Assembly: GCF_902713615.1 (NCBI RefSeq)
Contig: NW_024055500.1
Coordinates: 1 to 64,000 of the forward strand
Length of the DNA stretch: 64,000 bases
Reading direction: 5' to 3'
Source: Scyliorhinus canicula
Taxonomy: Eukaryota
Part shown: one piece after another, positions 13,620-25,099 of the stretch
Position numbering within the stretch: position 1 is the first letter of the stretch
How the letters are laid out: each line of letters opens with the position of its first letter
The notes under the pieces: model-generated
The model's input: the letters and a program-made list of their open reading frames with translations, nothing else
The model's database searches: none
What the model was told of the DNA's origin: nothing
Made by a program: the position numbers and the translations under genes

Positions 13620-14680
13620 TATTGTCAGTCTGCAGACAGAAGCTGGAGAACTGAACCCAGGCAGAGGAGAGGGAGGGAGAAAACTGGGAGTGGAGGAAAG
13701 AAATGGTGCAGATGGTGAGATGGGTTTGGATTTCAGCCCAGGGAGGAGGGAGAGTGTGTGGGACGGGGATTTACAGCTTTGGGGGAACAAGAGAGGGAAA
13801 AATGTTCCAGAGAAACTAGAATTGTCTGTTCAGAATTTCTATCCTGGACTGAGTGCTGACTATTGTTTTTTTTATTAAATATAGATTACAAAATTGTATT
13901 TTGTCCTAATTAAGGGGTAATTTTATCCATCACATCTTTTTGGATTGTGGGTTTTAAACCCATACTGACAAGGGGAGAATGTGCAAAGTCCATATGGACA
14001 GAGACCCGGGATCAAACCCGGGTTCTCGGCTAAACACTGAGCCACCGTGCCTGCCCCTAATGACTTTTATAAACTCCTCTTACAGGATATTACAAGGGGA
14101 GGATTTACAGATGGAAACTCAAATCAAACTTCACAGCAAAATTTAACAGAGTCACTCCATTCATCAGGACCTGAATATCATTGGCCTGTGAATGTAGACG
14201 AAGAAATGTTTGTCTGCTCTGTCTGTAAGAAAAGATTTTCAAGATCAGTGTGACTAGGACTGCTGCCTCACGGTGCCGAGGTCCCAGGTTCGATCTCGGC
14301 CCTGGGTCACTGTCCGTGTGGAGTTTGCACATTCTCCCGTGTTTGCATGGGTTTCAGCCCCACAACCCAAAGATGTGCAGGGTAGGTGGATTGGACATGC
14401 TAAATTGCCCCTTAATTGGAAACAAAATGGATACTCTAAATTTATTTTTTAAAAAGATCAGCGTTACTGAAAAAAGACCCGATACACACACACTTGAGTT
14501 CAACTGATCGTCAAACTTGGAGAGGGACAAGGACACCAGCAGCATGCTGTAACCATGGAAATGTGGGGACTGTGGGAAGGGATTCAGGTCTCCATGTGAG
14601 TTGGAAATTCATCATCACCGTCACACCCGCGACAGACCATTCGCCTGTTCTGAGTGTGGGAAGGGATTCACTCAGTTATC
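13620..14680 (+). pseudogene. C2H2 zinc-finger pseudogene interrupted by SINEs and truncated
   Basis: EMFVCSVCKKRFSRSV, then [11 protein letters not shown]...[24 protein letters not shown]; breaks at about 14681; SINE at 14258-14450. Confidence 0.75.
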
Positions 14681-14681
14681 C

Positions 14682-14870
14682 TAGTGAGGATTTACCAGGA
14701 TGTGGGAGCCGAGCTGGTGAGGAAGCGAGCGGCCTTTAATAAGGTTCAGGCTGCTCTATCGAAGAAAGGAGTTCCATTCGGGGTGGTTTACCCAGCAAAG
14801 CTATGAGTTGCAGATGAGTCCAAAGACTTTGATTTTGAGACTCCAGAGGAGGCGACTGCCTTCATTGAGG
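14682..14870 (+). mobile_element. L1/Tx1 LINE ORF1 3'-end fragment
   Basis: Translates to GVVYPAKL*VADESKDFDFETPEEATAFI, resembling the L1 ORF1p C-terminus (YPAxL...FxxPEEA). Confidence 0.6.
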
Positions 14871-14960
14871 GGCTCATTGGTCTGGGAGTATGATTCTCAC
14901 TTCGGGTGTTTTGGTTTCGAAATTTGCGGGAGGCCCCGGGTTCAAATCCCGGACAAGCCC
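14871..14960 (+). tRNA. tRNA-Pro: tRNA-Pro(CGG) with an 18-nt intron (14907-14924); probably a pseudogene
   Basis: GGCTCATTGGTCTGGGAGTATGATTCTCACTT-CGG-G-[tgttttggtttcgaaatt]-TGCGGGAGGCCCCGGGTTCAAATCCCGGACAAGCCC matches the canonical vertebrate tRNA-Pro. Insert lies between positions 37 and 38. Mismatches in acceptor and anticodon stems. Confidence 0.8.
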
Positions 14961-15554
14961 TTTGATAATGTTTTCTGTTGGCCAAGCAACATGTTTTAAG
15001 GGGTAGTAACTGTAGCACAGTGGGTAACACTGTTGCTTCACAGCTCCAGGATCCCAAGTGTGATTCCTGGCTTGGGTCACTGTCTGTGTGGAGTCTGCAT
15101 GTTCTCCCTGTGTCTATGTGGGTTTCCTCCGGGTGCTCTGGTTTAATGCTGTTAAGTCATTTGGACATTCTGAATTCTCCCTCTGTGTACCCAAACAGGC
15201 ACCGGAATGTGGCGACCAGGGGCTTTTCACAGGAACTTCATTGCAGTGTTAATGTTTTTTTAAAATATGAATTTAGAGTGCCCAATTCATTTTTTCCGAT
15301 TGAGGGGCAATTTAGCGTGGCCAATCGACCTACCCTGGACATCTTTGGGTTGTGGAGCCGAAACCAAGGCAAACACGGGGAGAATGTGCAAACTCCACAC
15401 AGACAGTGACCCGAACCTGGGATCCCGGCGCCTGAGGCAGCAGTGTAACCACGGTGGTCAGTGGGTGGTTGGCGGGTACATTGGTGGTGCTGGTGAATGG
15501 CTATGCCCCTAACTAGGACAATGTGGCATTTGTAAAAAGAATTGTTCCCCCATA

Positions 15555-15630
15555 CATGGATACACATCAACTAATTCTTGGAGGAGATTTCAACTGTTTT
15601 CTGGATCTTAAATGAACTGGTCCAAGCCCA
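15555..15630 (+). mobile_element. L1 ORF2 endonuclease fragment
   Basis: DTHQLILGGDFNCFLD (GDFN motif of APE endonucleases). Confidence 0.55.
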
Positions 15631-16229
15631 TTCAACCGCTACAAAAACAGGAAAAGGGAATGAAACCGGACAGACCTCCCGGCAGCGACCCAGGCACCGG
15701 AAACGACAATGGCAAACCCAGCAAAAGATAAAGAAAAGCTGTTCAATAGCAGATTGTAAAAGGATTATGGGACACAGATTTAAGATTGTGAGCAAGATCT
15801 ACAGGGGAGATATGAGGAAGAAAATTTACAGTGTGGTAATGATTTGAACTCAATGCTTTCACACAAAGGTCGATAATCTCCAGGTCCTGATCACCAGAAA
15901 AGTGCTGTCAGAATTTGATGTGAGGATTGGTTGTGAGTTTCCTGTCCCTTTCTAAGTCCCTGTGAAAGAAGTTTACAAAGGCATCACTGTCAGTCCAGAA
16001 ATAAAATTCAGGAAAGATAAACATTTCTCCTGGTTTGAGTTTGCTGTGTGTAAATCCTCACCGACTAATCCCCTATAAAAGGAGTTTCCAAAATCAATTA
16101 GTCAGTTCAGTATAGAAATTCACAATGGCCTCTCTTCCTGCTCCCTGGTCCAGGATCACCGCTCATACCGCCTCGCCCCCCCGCCCCGCTGCACACTGAC
16201 CCTCGTCATCAGCAGTCCCCTGATTTGAG

Positions 16230-16420
16230 GGTGATGTTGACTCAGGGTTGTGAGTTTCTGCCCTGGGTCTTCATGTGGCTGAACAGGGCCACAGAGCTTT
16301 GGACACATCGGGCAGGATGGACAATGAGACAGTGAAATCCGGAGAGCTGGATTGGCTTCCTTTTCTTTCCATCTCTGCCACCGCTTTGCATCATCAATAA
16401 GACATTGGGACTGAAAGACT
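16230..16420 (-). mobile_element. RTE-clade LINE 3' fragment
   Basis: KRWQRWKEKEANP...CPMCPKLCG resembles the RTE/BovB C-terminal Cys/His region. Confidence 0.5.
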
Positions 16421-16499
16421 AATCCAGTTTGATGGACAAGTTGTCTCCATTCAGAACAATGGGGAACAAGCTCCTCCCACTCATTGAAACATCGGCCCC

Positions 16500-16930
16500 G
16501 ACAAAGATGATAAACGCGCATGCGCCCTGATGCACATCCAATAAAGATGGCGGCCGTTAACCCGAGCCGAAGATGAGGAGCTGCAGCTCTGCTCCGTACA
16601 AACTGGGTCCCATAAACATTTCAGAGTTTTGCGATTGCAAAAACTTTAACCAACGTTTCCGCCCGCCCCCGCGATCTCTCGCTCCCTCCGTATTGTTAAA
16701 CGCCTCATACCGATTTCCGATCTGAAAAACACATCCTTCTACATCGCCATTACACACACTGCGCATGCTTCAATCACAGCGGTGCCCCGCCCCTCATTCA
16801 CTCCGATTGGTTGGAGGACCAGCCGGTCCCGTTCTGCCCTCCAGTACCGCCCCTCCTCTTCCTATTGGTCCGGAGCTGCCATCAATCACCCGGGCATTGT
16901 GAGGCAGATTTCAGGCTGACTCGCTGATTG
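16500..16930. promoter_or_regulatory. CpG-rich, probably bidirectional ZNF promoter
   Basis: NRF1 GCGCATGCGC 16516-16525, YY1 AAGATGGCGGCC 16544-16555, GC boxes, ATTGG (CCAAT) near 16806 and 16864; ZNF-associated remnants on both sides (15880-16150 minus, 17985-18207 plus). Confidence 0.55.
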
Positions 16931-16939
16931 TTCAATACA

Positions 16940-17500
16940 TTTTTTTTGGTAAATGTTTTTTGTTGGGTTTTTGAACAAAGTATATTTACCGTTATGTACA
17001 CAGGATAAGAAACATATATATATATAAACACACACACACATGTATAGAAGAGAAGGACACACCCCAACATACCAAAGAAAAGAAAATAGTGAATAATTTT
17101 TAACAATACAATAAAAAATAAAATAGAATAACTGGTAGGGTATTGTGCACCAGCTCAACAGCAGCAACTCTGTACACCTGGCAAAATTATTTACAACACA
17201 TAAGTAAGCGACTGTTTGCGGGCGGGCGGGGGGGGGGGGGGGAGGGGAGTGGGGAGAGATTGGGGAGGTAAATATACATTCGGGTGCCGGAGAAACAATT
17301 GCAGTGAGCAATACTTGAATGGGTTTGGTGTTGGTGTTGTTGCTTGCTTCTCCCGGATGGATCTCACTGCCGTCTTGCGCTCACCTCTGCTTCTGCCGTT
17401 GCTCCTGTATTTCGTCTTTATTCTCCTCGTTCCCTACTCCTGGAGATACCATGTTCGTTAATGTAACCCGCGCCTTCCTTCCGGCTCTCATTTCCCTGCC
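16940..17500 (-). mobile_element. Probable L1 3' UTR fragment
   Basis: T-run (minus-strand poly-A) at about 16940, G-run and low-complexity 3' UTR-like sequence; family assignment is inference. Confidence 0.4.
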
Positions 17501-17984
17501 TCCCTCCCACCTCCCTGGATTGTTCAATACATAGAGATACAATTATAGAATTTATAGTGCAGAAGGAGGCCATTCGGCCCATCGAGTCTGCACCGGCTCT
17601 TGGAAAGAGCATCCTACTTAAGACCACACCTCCACCCCATCCCTGTAACATAGCAATCCCATCTAACATAAGAGCAATTTAGCATGGCCACATCTGACCT
17701 GCACATCTTTGGACTGTGGGAGGAAACCGGAGCACCCGGAGGAAACCCACGCAGACACGGTGGGAACAGGCAGACTCCGCACAGGCAGTCACACTTTTGT
17801 TGTGGTTTCTAGCTGATTTTGGTCTTTTATTTTGACTGGACCACATGCTTGGGGAAAGCAAGAGAGGAAAGAAGGTTTGATAGAAACTAAAATGATCTGT
17901 TGTGAATTTCTACCCTGTTCTTCTGGTGATCATTTTTGTAAACTTCTTTTTCAGGCATTAGAACGGGAGGATTGGCAGCTGGGC

Positions 17985-18207
17985 AACTCGAACCAAATAT
18001 AATATCAAGATCTGACAGTCACTCAATTCATTAGCATCTAAATATCACAAACTGTCAATGTGTTTGTCTGTTCTGACTGTGGGAAGAGATTTCAAACATC
18101 AGTGTGATTGGAAACGCCCCAAGACCCACACACATCTGAGTGAGAGTGTTCCAGTGAACTGACTGTGGAAAGAGCTTTAACCAGTTACACAGCCTGAAAA
18201 ATCATCT
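17985..18207 (+). pseudogene. C2H2 zinc-finger remnant
   Basis: tttgtctgttctgactgtgggaagagatttc (FVCSDCGKRF) and gactgtggaaagagctttaaccagttacacagcctgaaaaa (DCGKSFNQLHSLK); truncated by a CR1 piece at about 18210. Confidence 0.7.
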
Positions 18208-19035
18208 TGTTTCCTCTTGTGGGAGAGTCTAGGGCCAGAGGTATAATCTCAGAGGAAGCGGTTCAAATTTAGGACAGAGATGAGAAGACATTTCTTCCAT
18301 CAGAGGGTAGTGAATCTGTGGAATTCTTCAGCTGTGAAATCATTCTGCCTCTCGAGTTTACCATAAAAAGGCAAAGGTAAAGGTGTCTTAACTCGGATGG
18401 GCCGCTTGGTGGCGCAGTGGCTCTTTCACTGAGGGGCCTTGAGTTCAGACACATCCCAGACAGGCCTGGTGAGAAATATCTGTCTGGGAGAGGGGAGACA
18501 ACTGTATAATCGGGGAAATGGAGCGGTGCCGATGGACCTTAGAGAAAGGAGTTCAGATTAGTCTTATTTTCTTCATTTTTCATTCAATATTTATTAAAAT
18601 TTCGGAGAAAATATTACACAAAAGTTTATTTTGATGTTTACAAAAGGGAATTTAACGATTGAGGGTCACAGTGAGAACAGAACACATGCCCTCTGAGCTG
18701 CCAAATGTATGTACAACTGTAACAGACACAAGAGAGAACAGGAGCTCAACATAAAGGGAAGGTAACTGTTGTAAATAAGGTACGAGATAAGTTACTTATT
18801 TAGACATGACATTGAAAGAAATTACTAGCTACAATTGCAATACAGCCAAAATTATCGCGTACATTTCAAACTGAAAAGCAGAAATACTGTCCATGATTGT
18901 CTCAGTTACAGATGCAGAATAATAAACTGAGAGAATTTTACTGTTCGAGTCACCAAGAGGAGATATTGTATTTCTGTCACACACAGATCATAATAAACAG
19001 CTGAGGGAAATCTACAGCGTCCGAACGTCAACCCA

Positions 19036-19044
19036 TCACTTGAT
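19036..19044 (-). CDS. IGHM: IgM transmembrane exon 2 (TM2): I-K-stop
   Basis: Strong acceptor ttttctctctcttttacag|ATC AAG TGA; candidate AATAAA at 18625-18630 on the minus strand. Confidence 0.85.
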   Translation of the reverse strand: MK

Positions 19045-19185
19045 CTGTAAAAGAGAGAGAAAATGATGAAGCAGATGTTTATGATCTGTGATATTGATGT
19101 TAGAGTTTTTAATCAATCAAACATTTAGAGATGTTTTAAACGGCCTTCTGTCAGTTTGAAGTGTGAGTGGATTGAATCTTCTCAC

Positions 19186-19313
19186 CTTCACCAGAGTGAC
19201 TGCAGCGCTGTAGGAAATGCTCAGGAAGAACAGGGTGATGAATGTGGAAGCGGTTGTCCAGATGTTGCCGTTATCATCCTCATTTTCTTCAGTCCAGGTG
19301 TTGTCTGTGGTAT
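19186..19313 (-). CDS. IGHM: IgM transmembrane exon 1 (TM1)
   Basis: tag|..|gtgag exon, phase 1 to 0; DTTDNTWTEENEDDNGNIWTTASTFITLFFLSISYSAAVTLVK contains the CART motif. Confidence 0.95.
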
Positions 19314-19669
19314 CTACGAGGATCGAGCCAAATATAATTAGTTTGTTTATTAATCCAGGATATGTTTTTTAATATTCTCGTTTCATTTTCTCCCGCTGCT
19401 AATTTAACATATTTGTCATTGCATATCTACTGTTGAGTTCATGACACTCGGAAATCGATTTCTGTAACTTTTTTCTTCCAATTAAGGGGCAATTTAACAT
19501 GGCCAATCCACCTACCCTGCACATCTTTGGGTTGTCGGCGTGAGACCCACGGGTCCCTGGGAAAGTCCACTGGGACACAGACCCAGGAGCGGGATCAACC
19601 CCAGGTCCATGGTGGCGTGAGGCAGCAGTGCTAACCACTATGCCACCGTGCCGCCCTTGCCTGACGTTT

Positions 19670-20960
19670 GTGTTTGTTCTTTAGCTTTTGTGTCTGTGTG
19701 GATGCGAAATTCGTATTTCTTTACTCTTCTTTTGTGTGTCCCGATGTCTTTATAAGTGTCATTGTGTGTGTTCATGTGTCAATGAGTATTGATCTGTGTA
19801 TTTGTGTGTCAGCGCCTGTGTGAACTTTGTTTATCTTCTGTTAATGTGTACATATGAGTGTTTTATTGTGTGTGTTTGTGTGTTGAAGTCTATGTTTATA
19901 TATTAATGCCTGTGTCAATATAAGTTCATACTTCCCTGTCCAGTAATGAAAGTGTTAATGTGTCTTTATACGTTCAACATGCATGTCAGTGTCTTAATGT
20001 TTGTGTCTGGATAAGTGCGTTTGTGTGTGTGTGTGTTTGTTGATGCGTGTATTTCTTCATAGAATCATCATTAAATATAATCCCTACTGTGCCGGACGAG
20101 GCCATTCGGCCCATTGTGTCTGCACCGACCCTCCGAAAGAGCACTCTGCCTGGACGCATGCCCCTGCCCTTTGCCGAGAACCCCGTAATCCCAACTAACG
20201 TTGTGGGCACTAAGGGGTAATATCGCCTGGCCAATCCACCGAACCTGCACATCTTTGGACTGTGGGAGGAAACTAGAGCAGGCGGAGGAAACAGAAACAG
20301 ACCCGGCAGAACGTGGGAACTCCACACAGACAATCACCCAAGGCTGGAATTGAACCCGGGATTATGGCGCTGTGCGGCAGAGGTGCTAGTTATGCGTTGA
20401 TGTTTGATATAACTATCTATTGATGTGTGTTGATGACTCTATGTGTATTCATATGTGTTCGTGTTAGCGTGTGTACGAGTCAGCTAATATGTATCTACGT
20501 GTGTCCGTTAGTGTGGATTATTGTCTCTGTTTGAATGGAAATATTTCTGTCATCGTGAAATTCTGCTAATTTACATGTTATTGGTTACATTTCTGTTTCA
20601 TATTCTTCTGTCAGCCTGCTTGTCTGGTTGTATATATCTGTGTATCTGTGTGGACATGTGGTTGTATATGTCTGTGTACATGCGTGTACCCACTTGTGTG
20701 TGTGGAATTGTGTTTGTATGTGTGGATGTGCACGTGAGTCTGTGTGTTTCTAAACATGTGCTTTTTGTGTTTATGTGCATGCTTGTGAATTTTTGTGCAC
20801 ATTTGCGTGTGTTTTTGTGTCAAAATATGTGTGGTCCGTTGTGCCTGGGTGTATGTTTGTGCATGTGTTTCTATGTGTGTGTCCATGTGTGTGTTTGTGT
20901 CTACTTGTGAGCGTGTGTGTGTTTCTGGGTCTGTGTGCATGTGTGTGTAGTGTCTGTGTC
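19670..20960. repeat. Degenerate (TG)n low-complexity region with a HE1 SINE at about 20058-20395
   Basis: TG-rich throughout; the overlapping ORFs are repeat translations. Confidence 0.8.
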
Positions 20961-21479
20961 TGTTTATCTGTCTGTGTATTTGTATCAGCTGCCTGTAGCT
21001 TTGCCAGTTGTGGGTATTATTGATACCGATGTAGAATATGTTGTACTTTCTGCATATAAATGTGTTTTCCGTGAGTTGCAAGCTGACATCAGGTGACCTA
21101 ATGCAAAAAAACAAGGAGGCTCCTCGGGAGAGAACAGTGAAAACCCAGAGAGAATTCAATCACCAGTCTGGATTTGGATTATGGGGAATCGGTCTTAGCA
21201 TACGGATAAGAGGAACAAGGGTGCTAAAAAAATTATGTTGCATAAATAGATATTTTAAGAACATCTTTATAATGTTTCAGCCTGTAAACTACATGGCGTC
21301 TTGTAATGTCAGTAACTGAGTTCTTAGTCCAGACAACCGTTTACTTCCAAACTCCCTGCTTGGGGACTGGGAAGATATTGAGTTAATAATCTCCCTCTCT
21401 CTGGTCAGCTCAGCAAATTGCCTTTGGGTTCTCCCTGTTGGAGGTGGAGATACAGAGAGTTCACTCATCACCTTCCTTC

Positions 21480-22240
21480 TCTTTTGGTTGGGAAAGTGGA
21501 GGTAAAATGTGTTGGTATTGCCCCTTTGCTCTCTTTGTTGGGGAAGTGGGGAGGCAGTGGATTAAATAATGTCCTTCCACTCATTGTTGGAAGCGGGTGT
21601 CCAGTGGATTAACTAATGTACACCCCCCCCCCCTCATTGTTGGAAGCGGGTGTCCAGTGGATTAACTAATGTACACCACCCCCCCCCTCATTGTTGGAAG
21701 CGGATGTACAGTGGATTAACTCAGCCCACCACCGTCTCTTTGTTGGGGAAGTGGGGGCACAATGTGTTAACTAAAGCTCCTCCCCTCGCTTTGCTGGGGA
21801 AGTGGGGGCACAGTGTGTTAACTAATGCTCCTCCCCTCGCTTTGCTGGGGAAGTGGGGGTACAGTGTGTTAAGTAATGCCCCAACTCCTCTCTTTGTTGG
21901 GGACGTGGGGAGACAATGGATTAACTAATGCCCCTCTCTTTGTTGGTGAAGTGGGGGTACAGTGTATTAACTAAAGCTCCTCCCACTCTCTATGTTGGGG
22001 AAGTGGGGGTACAGTGAATTAACTAAAGACCCTCTCTCTATTGGGGAAGTGGGGGTACAGTGGATTAACTAATACCCCTCCCCTCCCTCTATTGGGGAAG
22101 TGGGGGTACAGTGGATTAACGAATGCCCTTCCCCCTCTCTCTGTGTGGGAGGTGGGTGGGTGGGTGGGGAGACAGTGGAATAACTAATACCCCTCCCGCT
22201 CTCTCTGTTGGGGAGGTGGGGGTACAGTGGATTAACAATT
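21480..22240. repeat. Minisatellite, about 15 diverged copies of a ~50-bp unit
   Basis: Unit close to tctctgttggggaagtgggggtacagtggattaactaatrcccctcccc. Confidence 0.85.
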
Positions 22241-22588
22241 TCACTTTCCCCTCTCTTTGACTGGAGATTGTTGGTCCATGTTTCTGTGTGACCCTCAAAT
22301 CAGTTCCCAGTGGGTCTCATGCAGCAACTTAAAGCTGACATTAATTTTAAAGGGATGGACAATGAGAGAAGCAGGAACACCGAGATCTAAATGTGATGGG
22401 TTTGTTTGTCTGAAATGGGAAATTGTCCGATTTCTCCTCATCTGGAGGAAAGTCAATGAAGATATTTTGCTGAATCCTGGAATGAATGAGTTTTACTCTG
22501 TCTCTAACCCAGGGTGTTTCTGAGCTGAGAGCTCTGGTTGTATCAGACTTGGGGCTGAGACCTGTAGAAATCCGGGTCTCATTGACCA

Positions 22589-22760
22589 GGGACTGGTTTA
22601 AAATCGCTGGATTTTAAAGCAGACCAAGACAGGCCAGCAGCACGGTTCAATTCCCGTACCAGCCTCCCCGAACAGGTGCCGGAATGTGGCGCTGAGGGGC
22701 TTTTCACAATAACTTGACTGAAGCCTACTTGTGACAATAAGTGATTTTCATTTCATTTTC
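22589..22760 (+). mobile_element. Short tRNA-derived SINE with (TTTCA)n tail; other copies at 25547-25718, 58877-59062 and 60580-60710
   Basis: Shared ggctggtttagc...gccagcagcacggttcaattcccgtaccagcctccccgaacaggcgccggaatgtggcgac...tttcatttc. Confidence 0.8.
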
Positions 22761-22835
22761 AGATCTAACATCAGTAAAGTGGAAATACCATTAATCAAGC
22801 GGCTGTATGTTTAAATCACAATTAGAGGAAACGTT

Positions 22836-22850
22836 TTTATTATTTTTATT
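22836..22850 (-). terminator. Polyadenylation signals for secretory IgM (two AATAAA)
   Basis: Plus-strand TTTATT at 22836-22841 and 22845-22850, about 30-40 nt past the stop codon. Confidence 0.75.
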
Positions 22851-22877
22851 TTAGTTCGAAATATAACCAATCGATTC

Positions 22878-23269
22878 TCATTGACATGAATTAACGGTGT
22901 CCATCAGAGCGAGGGAAATGTTCACAAAACTGGGTTTACCGCTGGATTTATCAACCGTTCTGTTGATGATCTTCAAGGGGATGGCTTCATGTCCCACCAC
23001 ACAGGAGTAAGAAGCGCCGCTGGCCCACTCCTCCGCTGCAATGGATAACAGGCTGTACATGAAGAAGGAGCTATTGCCGTTCTCCGCCATCACCTCGGTG
23101 TTCTTGTAGTTGCCGGGATTCACCGGCTTGTCATTGACGGTCCACTTGACGAAGATCTCTCGGGGGGAGAAACCTCTCACTAAGCAGCTGAGGGAGACGA
23201 ATCTCTGAGCGGAGACGTCTTCAGCCGAGGGCAGGAGGACAGAGACGGACGGTTCCCGCGGATTGGGAT
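22878..23269 (-). CDS. IGHM: IgM Cmu4 plus secretory tailpiece
   Basis: Acceptor ctgcag|; [43 protein letters not shown]...[23 protein letters not shown]|[20 protein letters not shown]. Internal donor G|GTAAA at 22940/22939 for TM splicing; NIS glycosylation site and penultimate Cys present. Confidence 0.97.
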
Positions 23270-23439
23270 CTGCAGAAAATGTACAATAAATGTCAATAAA
23301 ATGGGGAATTCCGGAGACAATGGAACCGCGGGTTAGATGTGAGAGAAATGTGTTTTGTGTTGGATTTTAAAGGTTTCCATTTTCCACTTTGGGATCTGTA
23401 CGGTTTCCCAGCTCGGAGCAGAGGTGGGCACAATCCTTT

Positions 23440-24560
23440 TCCCTGAGGATTTACGGATTATGGATTCGAAAGTTTCAGAAAGTGTACAGCAGGGAAACAG
23501 GCCATTCGGCCCAACTGTTCTGTGCTGGTGTATAAACTCCACACCAGGCTCCTCCCACCTTACCCCAAGAAGATTGGACAACTGCCAATGTAACACCCTT
23601 ATTCAAAAGGGGAGGGAGTCAAAAACAGGTAGCTATAGGCCAGGGACCTTAACATCTGTCAGTGGAAAACGGTTCGAGCCCATTATAATGGATCCAATAG
23701 CTGAGCATTTAGAAATACTCAATATAATCAGAGTCAGCACGGCTTCGGGAAGGGTAAATCATGCCTGACAAATTTAGTGCCCTTATTTGAGGTGATGACG
23801 AGAAGGCGAGAGAGGGAGGGGGAGGGGGTGGGGCAATAGATGTAAAATACATGAATTTCAAAACGGTGTTTGATAAATGAATGTACTATTCCCATGTTTG
23901 CAGATGACAAAAAATAGGTAGAAAGGCAAGTGGTGAGGATTACAGGAAATCCACAGAGGGACAGAGAATGTGAGGTTAGACACTTTGGTAGGAGGAAGAA
24001 CATAAAGAATTATTATTTAGATGGAGAAAGACTGAAGAAAGCTGAAGTAACGGGGGAATTGGGGGCCCTCGTGCAGAAACCACAAAAAGTAAGTTCTGCA
24101 GGTAATATGGAGACAAATTGCATGCTGATCTTTATTTTAAAAGGAGTAGAATATAACAATGGGGAAGCCTAGCTAAAACTGGGGAATTAGTTAGACAACA
24201 CCTGATATACTTTGAATAGCTTTGGTGCCCTTATCTAAGGAAGACAGATTGGTTTTGAAGGCAGTCCAGAGAAGGATCACAAGGTTGATCCCGAGTATGG
24301 AGGGATTTTCTTACAGGGAGAGGTTAAGTAGGCTGGGCTGTACTTATTGGAGTTTAGAAGAATGAAGGCGACCTCAGATTCTGGGTCGGTCAGTACGTTC
24401 AAGGTTGAGGGACACATATTTTAAATCAGTAAAACCGTCAAGAGATATGGGGATAAGGTGGGAAAGAGGAGTTGAAGGTTATCACATCAGATCAGGCTTG
24501 AACTCACTGAAGGCTGGACCGGTGTTGATGGGCCCAATGGGTTACATCTGCTCCTATGTC
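23440..24560 (+). mobile_element. Degenerate CR1 LINE pieces in the Cmu3-Cmu4 intron
   Basis: PLIQKGRESKTGSYRP, tttgcagatgacaaaa (FADD), gtactcattggagtttagaagaatg-like motifs. Confidence 0.75.
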
Positions 24561-24790
24561 TTGCGGTCTATGGTCTCGCTTGATCTACACCCAATATCAC
24601 TGGATTTAATTCATTGTTCATTCATCTACATATCAATTTCCCCCTGAAACTCTAAACGCCCAGAGTATTTAGTTAGTGGAATTACCAATCAGAATGGACC
24701 ATAAATACACTGAATGCTAAATACTGACCGCTGCACTGACACTGGAAATAGACACAATGGCTCAATTATTGCTTCAGTCTCACCGCTCAC

Positions 24791-25099
24791 CTATTTTTTT
24801 GTGAATTGAAATTCTTAAAGGAGTTGGCAGGTCCTGATGGCTCGCCACACAGTCAAACACAGCCCCACTCAGCCAGGCTTGTGTCGAGATGTTTAATTTG
24901 CTGAGCACGCTCTCAGTATCTGCCCCAGGCTTGTCGGCGATCTCTGATTTCAGCGGCTTCTTCGCTTCACTCCAGGACACGTTGACTCCATAAGGAGCAT
25001 TCGAAATGACACAGGTTAAGGTTACAGTCGCCTCCAGTAAGACCTGTTCTATTGGTGGTGGCACTATTGTTACTGAGGCATCAGTGCAAATGGAAGGAT
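24791..25099 (-). CDS. IGHM: IgM Cmu3
   Basis: 309 nt, cacag|..|gtgag, phase 1-1; [33 protein letters not shown]...SW...[22 protein letters not shown]. Confidence 0.95.

Noticed and set aside
21289-21471. ORF with ELSVSPPP, like the start of an Ig C domain, in the Cmu4-TM intron
   Set aside because: Lacks the Ig Cys/Trp pattern and convincing splice sites.
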